Assembly (NCBI GenBank): GCA_963806225.1
Contig: CAWDXG010000004.1
Coordinates: forward strand, 32,001 to 96,000
Length of the DNA stretch: 64,000 nucleotides
Origin: an uncultured delta proteobacterium
GTDB lineage: Bacteria; Myxococcota_A; Polyangia; Polyangiales; Polyangiaceae
Reading direction: 5' to 3'
Part shown: positions 55,279 through 64,000 of the stretch, piece after piece
How positions within the stretch are numbered: the first letter of the stretch is position 1
Layout of the letters: the number at the start of each line of letters is the position of its first letter
Notes under the pieces: model-generated
The model's database searches: none
What the model was told of the DNA's origin: nothing
The model's input: only the letters and a program-made list of their open reading frames with translations
Made by a program: the position numbers and the translations under genes

Positions 55279-56736
55279 CTAGCCCCCACGGGCGTCGGTG
55301 TGCACCGAGGCCGGCTCGGTCGAGCCGTCGTCCTGGGCGGCGTCCTGCCTGTCGACGTGGCCGTCGACCTCCACGCGCTCGGCGCCGTCGGGCAGCGTGG
55401 GTAGCTCGTCGAGCGACATGCCGGGTGCCACCCAGTACACTTCGGGCACCGGCCAGTACTTGCTCTTGTAGGTGTGCTTCTCCTCCCGGCCGTCCGGCAG
55501 ATGGATGCGCACTATGCTGTACACGTCGTAGCCCTTGTGGCCCTTCTGGTGGCGCACGGGCTTGTCGCTGTCCAGCGAGGGCATCGTGGTGACGCGGCGG
55601 TAGAAGTCGTGGGTCTTCGTGACGGCGTACGTGTAGTCGACCTTGCCCGGTGCATCGCGGCCCAGGAATTCCACCCGGAGCACGTGCCGCTCCGGCACGA
55701 ACGCGTGGATGATGAGCGCCGAGTCGTACGGGTTCTTGATCTTGAGATCGACCTCCGGATACACGACCGTCGCGTCCAGCCCGAGCGGCACATAGCCGCT
55801 CGGGCGGCTGTGGCTGCGGCGCTGCACCACGTCGATGCCGCCGTACACGGCCGCGGCGTGCAGCGTGGAGGCAACCTGGCATGTGCCGCCGCCCACGCCC
55901 GGCTTGAGCTCGTCGTCGACGATCACCGGTGCCCAGGTGAAGCCGCGGCGCAAGGTCCGTGGACCGACGACCTTGTTGAAGCTGATGGTCTGCCGTGGCG
56001 CGATCACCGTGCCGTTCAGATAGCGTGCGGCGGTGTGGACGTTCTGGTCACGCGATGCGCTGTGTCCGCCGAAGTTGCTCTGGTAGCTCGACAGCACGTG
56101 GCTCACGTCGATCTGCGCGATCATCTGCGAGGTCACGTCGGCCGGCACAGCGCGGGTTTCCACCGGGATTACGATGACGCGCTGGTCGCCGACCACCGGA
56201 ATGTGGGCGAGGGTCCGGTCCACGGCGAGCTCCCTTCCGGGTCTGTCGGGGACGCGCTCGTGGCGCACGAGGTCGAGGCGGGCGTCGACGGGACTTCTGT
56301 GCACCAGCGGTGCGAGCTTCTCGAGCGTCGCCCTGGCGCGCGTTCGATCGATGCGCCAGTGCGGCGCGATGTCCACGTTGCCCTGGCGCGCCTGCCAGGC
56401 CTCGAACAGCCGCGCGCCCAGCGAGCCCTGCTCGGTGTCCTGCTGGACGGCGCGCATCGTCGCCGGGACATCCAGCTCGACGCCCAGGGCGCCCAGATGG
56501 GCACGGATGGTGCTGCCGTCGTCGAGGCGCAGGTAGGCTTCGCGATTTTCGAGCTGCTTCTGCCGGGCGGCCAGGAAATCGCCCACCGATGCCCCGGGCG
56601 GGATCAGCCGCCCGCCGACGTAGGTGCCCGGCAGCGCCTTGCCGGGCGGCAGGAGAGCGAAGTACCCCCACACGCCCGCTCCCGCCGCGGCGGCGACGCC
56701 AAGAGACAGGCAGGCGGTGAGGAAGTGTCGTCGCAC
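55279..56736 (-). CDS. VanW family protein with peptidoglycan-binding region and G5-like C-terminus
   Basis: N-terminal TM, SFNKVVGPRT..RGF, GVGGGTCQVASTL, RRSHS, GLDATV...DLKIKNP. Confidence 0.9.
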   Translation of the reverse strand: MRRHFLTACLSLGVAAAAGAGVWGYFALLPPGKALPGTYVGGRLIPPGASVGDFLAARQKQLENREAYLRLDDGSTIRAHLGALGVELDVPATMRAVQQDTEQGSLGARLFEAWQARQGNVDIAPHWRIDRTRARATLEKLAPLVHRSPVDARLDLVRHERVPDRPGRELAVDRTLAHIPVVGDQRVIVIPVETRAVPADVTSQMIAQIDVSHVLSSYQSNFGGHSASRDQNVHTAARYLNGTVIAPRQTISFNKVVGPRTLRRGFTWAPVIVDDELKPGVGGGTCQVASTLHAAAVYGGIDVVQRRSHSRPSGYVPLGLDATVVYPEVDLKIKNPYDSALIIHAFVPERHVLRVEFLGRDAPGKVDYTYAVTKTHDFYRRVTTMPSLDSDKPVRHQKGHKGYDVYSIVRIHLPDGREEKHTYKSKYWPVPEVYWVAPGMSLDELPTLPDGAERVEVDGHVDRQDAAQDDGSTEPASVHTDARGG

Positions 56737-56848
56737 GGTGGGATCGTACCGGCGCAGCGGGCCCGGTGGCAAAGTCGAGGTTTCGTCGAGTCCCCTACCC
56801 CCTACGCCCGGCGGAGCCAGCCTCTTCCAGCCACGGAAGATGGGCGGC

Positions 56849-56876
56849 TTGACGGCCGGCGCCGCGCCTCTACGCT
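56849..56876 (+). promoter_or_regulatory. putative sigma70 promoter of thiS
   Basis: TTGACG (56849-54), 16-bp spacer, TACGCT (56871-76). The ATG is only 9 nt downstream. Confidence 0.45.
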
Positions 56877-56885
56877 TCGGCTGCA

Positions 56886-57086
56886 ATGAAGCTCACCGTG
56901 AACGGCCGCGAGCAGGAAGTCCCCGACGGGCTGAGCGTCCGGGCCTTGATCGAGCACCTCGGCCTGACCGACGGGCCCGTCGCCGTGGAGCGCAACCGCG
57001 AAGTGGTGCCGCGCGCCCAGCACGAGAGCACCGATCTCCAGCCCGACGACGTGCTGGAGATCGTGCACTTCGTCGGCGGCGGCTGA
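56886..57086 (+). CDS. thiS: sulfur carrier protein ThiS
   Basis: MKLTVNG...[12 protein letters not shown]...[12 protein letters not shown] with C-terminal GG. Confidence 0.93.
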   Translation: MKLTVNGREQEVPDGLSVRALIEHLGLTDGPVAVERNREVVPRAQHESTDLQPDDVLEIVHFVGGG

Positions 57087-57099
57087 AGCGCCGGTCCGA

Positions 57100-57798
57100 T
57101 CAGTTCGCAGGAGTGCAGCTTGTCGGATACCAGGAGGCTTCCGTGCGGATGAGATCGCACGCATCCTGGCATGTGCCCTTGCAGGTCTTGCCCGTTGGAC
57201 CGTTGCAGCTGTCCGGAACGGCCCAGCAGGTGTCTATGCCCAGGCTCAAGCAGTCCGTGAGCTTGTTGTGGGCGTGGTTGCAGTGGCTGTCCTGCGGACA
57301 GGGGGTGCCGCCCACGCACCGCTTCGTGTTCGTGTCGGTGGAGGAACACGGGTTCGCGCTGCGCACCGACTTGTCCAGGTGATTGGCCAGAGCAGCGTCC
57401 CAGTACGTGACGCCGTCGCAGCCGCACACCGCACCCGAAGCCGTCCCGATGATAATCGGCTTGCAGGTCCCGGTGCCGCAACCGCTGCAGTAATATCCGT
57501 TCGGGCAGCTTCCGCTGCAACTGCTCGTCCCACCACCGCTGCCGGCATCCACCGCCGAGCCACCGTCGGTGCCGCCCACATTGCCGCCGCCACCCGCATT
57601 GCCGCCGTCGTCGCCGCCGGCGTTGCCGCCCGCCCCTCCGGTCGAGCTTCCCGCGGCGCCGCCGCCCGCCCCCGAGCCGGCCTTGCCCCCCGAGTCGGCC
57701 TTGCCCCCCGAGCCTCCGCTGGCTGACGCGAACTGTCCGCTGCTGGAGCAGCCCAGCGCCGACACCAGTAGACCCATGCAAAGGATACTAGAGCGCAT
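57100..57798 (-). CDS. Gly-rich/Cys-rich lipoprotein with Kazal-like VCGCDGVTY motif
   Basis: Lipobox ALGC, Gly-rich linker, Cys-rich C-terminal half. Confidence 0.75.
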   Translation of the reverse strand: MRSSILCMGLLVSALGCSSSGQFASASGGSGGKADSGGKAGSGAGGGAAGSSTGGAGGNAGGDDGGNAGGGGNVGGTDGGSAVDAGSGGGTSSCSGSCPNGYYCSGCGTGTCKPIIIGTASGAVCGCDGVTYWDAALANHLDKSVRSANPCSSTDTNTKRCVGGTPCPQDSHCNHAHNKLTDCLSLGIDTCWAVPDSCNGPTGKTCKGTCQDACDLIRTEASWYPTSCTPAN

Positions 57799-57840
57799 AA
57801 TGCTCCCAGTATACCAGCCAGACCGTAGCCGCGCGAGCGG

Positions 57841-58353
57841 CTAGCGGTGCTTCAGCGCGAGCCGGAGGTAGTCCTCGGCGCCGCGGATGCCGAGCCGCGT
57901 TTCTTCGGGCGTCAGCTCCCGCACCACCCTGCCCGGTTGGCCGCGCACCATCACGCGCGGCGGCACCTTCATTCCGGGCGGCACCACGGCCCCGGCTGCG
58001 ATCAACGCTTCCTCGCCGATCTCGGCGTTGTCGAGGATCACCGAGCCCATGCCGATCAATGCGCGATCGCCGATGATCCCGCCGTGGATGATCGCACCGT
58101 GCCCGACCGTCACGTCCTCGCCGACGATCGTGTTCGAAACGTCCGTGGTCATGTGGAAGCACGCGAGATCCTGGACATTGCTCCGCGCGCCGATACGGAT
58201 GAAGCCAACGTCTCCGCGCAGCACCGCGCCGTACCAGACGCTCACCTGGTCGCCGAGGTGCACGTCGCCCACGACCACCGCGCCGTCCGCCACGAACACG
58301 TCCCTGCCGAGCTCGGGCGTCTTTCCGCCCACGGTCTTGATCAACCCTGCCAT
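57841..58353 (-). CDS. gamma carbonic anhydrase family protein
   Basis: VVVGDVHLGDQVSVWYGAVLRGD..IRIGARSNVQD...H...TVGHGAIIHG hexapeptide repeats. Confidence 0.93.
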   Translation of the reverse strand: MAGLIKTVGGKTPELGRDVFVADGAVVVGDVHLGDQVSVWYGAVLRGDVGFIRIGARSNVQDLACFHMTTDVSNTIVGEDVTVGHGAIIHGGIIGDRALIGMGSVILDNAEIGEEALIAAGAVVPPGMKVPPRVMVRGQPGRVVRELTPEETRLGIRGAEDYLRLALKHR

Positions 58354-58363
58354 CGCCTCTCCG

Positions 58364-59806
58364 TCACACGACCGGCAGCGCGCGAGGATGGACTGCCGGC
58401 ATGCGCGGCGCGCGCCGCGCCTCGTCGCACAGCTCGCCTTCCAGCGAGTTCTTGAACGCGCGCCGGATGCGCACCGCGACGATCTCGCCGGTGGGGTCGT
58501 CCGTCGCGCCGAAATGGACGATCTCGTTCTTCTCGCTGCGCCCGGTGTAGCCGCCGCCCTGCGCGGGCCCTTCCACCAGCACCTCTTCGACGCTGCCGAC
58601 CCGCGAGGCCAGGTGCTCGCGGCGCAGCCGGTAGCTGAGCGCGAACAGCTCCGCGAGCCGTTCGCTTTTCTCCGCTTCCGGCACGTCGTTGTCCAGCTTG
58701 AGCGACGGCGTGTACGGCCTTTCCGAGTACTTGAACCCGAACAGCCCCGAGAAGCCCGCGCGCTCCACCAGCTCTAGCGTGCCTGCGAAGTCCTCGCGCG
58801 TTTCGCCCGGAAAGCCAACGATCACGTCGGTCGAGAGCGTCACGTCCGGCACCGCTTCGCGCAGCGCGTCGAGGCGCTCGTGGTACTCCGCCACGCTGTA
58901 GCGGCGGATCATGCGGCGCAGCACCCGGTCGCTGCCCGACTGCACCGGCATGTGCACGTGCCGGCAGAGCAGCGGCAGATCCTGGTGCGCGCGGATCAGG
59001 GATAGCGTCAGGTGGCGCGGATGCGGGCTCGCGTAGCGCAGCCGGGCGAGCCCCGGCGCGCGCTCCGCAATGCGGCGCAGGAGCGCCGGGAACTCGCTCT
59101 CGTCCTCCTTCGCCCGCGCCCCGCGCGTGTGGCGCCAGCGGCTGTCGCCCGCTCCCGGTGCCGGCGGCAGCGAACCTTCCGGGTCGCGGTAGCTGTTCAC
59201 CGTCTGGCCCAGCAGCGTCACCTCGCGCACGCCCGCGTCGACGAGCCGCGCGATCTCGTCTACCAGCTCCGCGGCGGGGCGGTAGCGCTCGGGTCCCCGC
59301 GTGTAGGGCACGATGCAGAACGAGCAGCGCTCGTTGCAGCCCTTCATCACCGTGACGTACGCCGTCGGCGCCTGACGCCCGCGCACCGGTGCCGCGGGCA
59401 GGAAGTACGGGGTCTCCGTGTCGAACACGGTGCGCACGCGCGGCGGCGAGCCCAGCGACAGCTCGGCCAGGAGTCCAGGCAGCTCCGGGATGTTGTCGGG
59501 GCCGATCACCAGATCGATCTGCGGCATCCGCTCGACCAGCCGCTCCCCTTCCTGCTGCGCCACGCAGCCGGCCACGCCGATCAAGAGTCCGGGCCGCTGC
59601 CGCTTGAGCACCCCCAGCCGCCCCACTTCGCTCCTGAGCTTCTGTTCGGCCTTCTCGCGCACGCTGCAGGTGTTCAGCAGGACCAGATCCGCCTGGGCGG
59701 GCTCTGCCGTCTCGTCATAGCCCGCGCGCGAAAGGGCCTCGCCGATCCGCTCGGAATCGTGCTGGTTCATCTGGCAGCCGAAGGTGACGAGGGCGTAGCG
59801 GGGCAT
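58364..59806 (-). CDS. miaB: tRNA-2-methylthio-N6-dimethylallyladenosine synthase MiaB
   Basis: TFGCQMNQHDSE, NTCSVREKAE, GCVAQ, radical SAM CNERCSFC, TRAM domain. Confidence 0.96.
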   Translation of the reverse strand: MPRYALVTFGCQMNQHDSERIGEALSRAGYDETAEPAQADLVLLNTCSVREKAEQKLRSEVGRLGVLKRQRPGLLIGVAGCVAQQEGERLVERMPQIDLVIGPDNIPELPGLLAELSLGSPPRVRTVFDTETPYFLPAAPVRGRQAPTAYVTVMKGCNERCSFCIVPYTRGPERYRPAAELVDEIARLVDAGVREVTLLGQTVNSYRDPEGSLPPAPGAGDSRWRHTRGARAKEDESEFPALLRRIAERAPGLARLRYASPHPRHLTLSLIRAHQDLPLLCRHVHMPVQSGSDRVLRRMIRRYSVAEYHERLDALREAVPDVTLSTDVIVGFPGETREDFAGTLELVERAGFSGLFGFKYSERPYTPSLKLDNDVPEAEKSERLAELFALSYRLRREHLASRVGSVEEVLVEGPAQGGGYTGRSEKNEIVHFGATDDPTGEIVAVRIRRAFKNSLEGELCDEARRAPRMPAVHPRALPVV

Positions 59807-59968
59807 GGCTCGATGGCGGTCGCGGCCTGGGGCCGGCCCGGGAAGCTAGCACGCAGCCCGCCGACGTCAGCCGGCGGTGCGCGGGACGATTGACCCGGGC
59901 CCCTGGCGAACCCTATGTTTCCGGGCCGTTTCGCCGATCCGGCGGGACCCACAGAGGCGGGAGAGACC

Positions 59969-61729
<1,761 letters not shown>

Positions 61730-61732
<3 letters not shown>

Positions 61733-61849
61733 CCATCGGCCAGCGGCCACTAGCTATTGGCTGGTGGCTGGGTGCCCCCGCCCTGCGCGGCGGGGCACGG
61801 CCTGCGGCCTCCAGCCGCAGGCGCCCCCAAGCGTCGCCTCCGGCGCCGC
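61730..61849. repeat. six degenerate 7-bp tandem units followed by a cluster of GC-rich hairpins
   Basis: TAGCCAT CGGCCAG CGGCCAC TAGCTAT TGGCTGG TGGCTGG (61730-61771). Perfect stem GCCTGCGGC/GCCGCAGGC at 61800-61822. Confidence 0.6.
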
Positions 61850-61989
61850 GGGGCCGCTACCGGTGCGGCGCCGGACTGGCCCTCGCCGGCAGCCACTCCG
61901 CGGGGCTGGATCGTCGCCCCGCGATCGGCGACCATGGTGGCCTGGGGTGCTGGCGACGTCCGGCACTTGGTGAGGACCGGCGAGAAGGC

Positions 61990-63351
61990 ATGTCCGCACA
62001 AGCTGCATTGTCACCGGGGACCCTGCTCGGCGGGAAATTCCGGATTATCCGTTCGATTGGAGTGGGCGGCATGGGTGCCGTCTACGACATCGAGCACGCA
62101 TTCACGCACCACAGACGAGCCCTCAAGCTGTTGCACCGGGAGGTGGCCGAGAACCCGGGCATCGTCGCGCGGTTCCTGCGCGAGGCCTCGGCGGCCGGGC
62201 GTATCGGCAATCCGCACGTGGTCGAGACCTTCGATGCCGGCACGCTCGATTCCGGCGAGCCGTATCTGGTCATGGAGCTGCTCGCCGGGCAGACGCTCAC
62301 CGAGCTCCTGGAGAGCCGCGGGCCCTTGCCGCCGGGTGAGATCGAGCCACTGATGCTCCAGGCGTGCAGCGGCGTACAGGCAGCGCACGACGCGGGAATC
62401 GTCCATCGCGACCTGAAGCCCGACAACCTGTTCATCACGGAGCGCGATGACGCGCCGTTCGTGAAGATCCTCGATTTCGGGATTTCCAAGTTCGACACGA
62501 CGCTCACCGGCGACCACGGTCTCACGCGCGAAGGCTCGCTGCTCGGCACCCCGTACTACATGCCGCCCGAGCAGGTGCGCGGCGCCGCGGTAGACGAGCG
62601 CGCCGACGTGTACGCCCTCGGCGTCATCCTGTACGAGTGCCTGACCGGCACCAAACCCTTCGAAGCCGACACCCTGCCGCACCTCTCGGTGAAGATCCAC
62701 GAGGGCAAAGCGACCCCCGTGACCGAGCTCCGACCGGACATCCCCCAGGCTCTCGCCGCTGTCGTGGTGCGCGCCATGCAAGCCGATCGCGATCAGCGCT
62801 TCGGAAGCGTGCGCGAGCTCGCCGCCGCCCTCGAGCGGTGTACGGACGCCTCCACTGGGCCCGCACCGCTGCCATTCGAGCAGACCGAGTGCGCGCCAGC
62901 GGGGTCCGTGCCCGGGACCCTGGAGGGTGCCGCCCAGGCGGGGTCGATGCCCGGTACCCTGGACGGCGCCGCGAGCGCGCCGGCAAGACGTCCTGGGTCG
63001 GCCTGGAAGGTGGGCGTGGCAGCCCTCGCGGTGGTGGTCATCGGTGTCGTGTGGACCCTGACGCGACCCCACGCCACCGAGGCGCCGGAGCCCGAACACC
63101 GGGCTGCTGCGGCTTCCAGCAGCGATGCTCCGCTTGGCGCGGCGCCGCCTGCAACGCCGAGGACGCCGTCCGTGACGCCCACGACGGCAACGTCAGCAGT
63201 TCCGCCTGCTTCGGCGAGCGCCGCGCCAGTTCCCACGCCGGCGAAGGTCGTCGCCCACACGGCGGCGCCTGCCCCGTCGCCCAGGCCCAAACCCAGAGCT
63301 TCCACGAAAGCGTCCAAGGCGGGGCTCGTCGAAGGCAATCCGTATCAATGA
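61990..63351 (+). CDS. membrane-anchored Hanks-type Ser/Thr protein kinase
   Basis: IGVGGMGAVY, RALKLL, HRDLKPDN, KILDFG, GTPYYMPPEQ, TM helix, Pro/Ala-rich tail ending NPYQ. Confidence 0.95.
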   Translation: MSAQAALSPGTLLGGKFRIIRSIGVGGMGAVYDIEHAFTHHRRALKLLHREVAENPGIVARFLREASAAGRIGNPHVVETFDAGTLDSGEPYLVMELLAGQTLTELLESRGPLPPGEIEPLMLQACSGVQAAHDAGIVHRDLKPDNLFITERDDAPFVKILDFGISKFDTTLTGDHGLTREGSLLGTPYYMPPEQVRGAAVDERADVYALGVILYECLTGTKPFEADTLPHLSVKIHEGKATPVTELRPDIPQALAAVVVRAMQADRDQRFGSVRELAAALERCTDASTGPAPLPFEQTECAPAGSVPGTLEGAAQAGSMPGTLDGAASAPARRPGSAWKVGVAALAVVVIGVVWTLTRPHATEAPEPEHRAAAASSSDAPLGAAPPATPRTPSVTPTTATSAVPPASASAAPVPTPAKVVAHTAAPAPSPRPKPRASTKASKAGLVEGNPYQ

Positions 63352-64000
63352 GTGTTCTTTCCATGGGCAGGCTGGCTTCATCTCTGTGCGTCGGCTTGGC
63401 GTGCCTATCCGTCGCAGCGCTCGCGCGCGCCGAGCCCTCGGCAGCGGACAAGAAGACCGAGGCGCGCGAGCGCTTCTCGCGCGGGCTGACCCTGTTCAAC
63501 GACGGCGACAACGCCGGCGCGCTGGCGGAGTTCGAGCGGGCAGAGAAGCTCCTGCCGAACCCGATCGTGCTCTACAACATCGGGCTGGTGCAGGCCGCCA
63601 TGGGTCGGGCCGCCGACGCCGTGAAGACGCTCGACCGGGTGCTGGCGCATCCCTCGCTGTCGGCGGATCGCCTTGCGCGCGCCAGAAAAGCGCGGGACGA
63701 GGCGGCAGCGCGGATCGCCCGGCTCGACATCACGACCAACGTCGACGGCGCGCAGATCGAGGTGGACAACATTCCGGTCGGCACGACGCCCCTGCACGCG
63801 CCCGTCACCGTGACCAGTGGGACGCGGCTTCTGGCAGTAGTAGCCCCTGGCTATGCGCCCCAGCGGAGGGAAATCACCGTTGCCGGAAACACGCGGACGC
63901 GGCTCGAGTTCAAGCTGCAGCCCCTCGAGGGCCAGCTCGCGCACCTCGCGGTCGAGACGAACGTCCTCGGCGCGCATGTACTGGTGGACGGAAAGCCCGC
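63348..64000 (+). CDS. secreted TPR + PEGA domain protein (runs off window)
   Basis: ATGA overlap with the kinase stop, signal peptide, EARERFSRGLTLFNDGDNAGALAEFERA TPR, PEGA motif TNVDGAQIEVDNIPVGTTP. Confidence 0.85.
   Translation, partial: MSVLSMGRLASSLCVGLACLSVAALARAEPSAADKKTEARERFSRGLTLFNDGDNAGALAEFERAEKLLPNPIVLYNIGLVQAAMGRAADAVKTLDRVLAHPSLSADRLARARKARDEAAARIARLDITTNVDGAQIEVDNIPVGTTPLHAPVTVTSGTRLLAVVAPGYAPQRREITVAGNTRTRLEFKLQPLEGQLAHLAVETNVLGAHVLVDGKP

Overview
High-GC (about 70% by eye) bacterial chromosomal segment. The gene content points to Myxococcota, probably Polyangiales/Polyangiaceae-like: Cys-rich lipoproteins, expanded FGE-sulfatase-fold proteins, a Ser/Thr kinase-TPR/PEGA pair and a sigma54 activator. 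Many conserved genes are split by single-base indels, which looks like uncorrected long-read error rather than pseudogenisation, so many gene boundaries are reconstructed and approximate. Most of the window is core genome: tRNA-Gln/tRNA-Glu, a stand-alone groEL, yfgM-bamB, recG, greA, bamD, dut, accD-folC-yajQ-glmM, nagZ, tkt, mltG-ruvX, hisS, argC, gnd-zwf, pcm, fused otsAB plus a GH15 trehalase, thiS, miaB and an acyl-CoA ligase. The strongest non-gene signal is a XerC/XerD dif site at 6776-6803, with KOPS-like GGGNAGGG motifs and gene orientation converging on it, so this is very likely the replication terminus. The second is a doubly deleted group IIC intron inserted directly behind a rho-independent terminator (about 31245-32060). 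I found no proven novel system. The best candidates are a coupled STAND-NTPase/TPR + RavA-like AAA + dUTPase operon, a secreted protein built from about 20 Pro-aromatic beta-hairpin-like repeats, a GxC-repeat lipoprotein, and an isoaspartyl methyltransferase with a lipoprotein-like signal.
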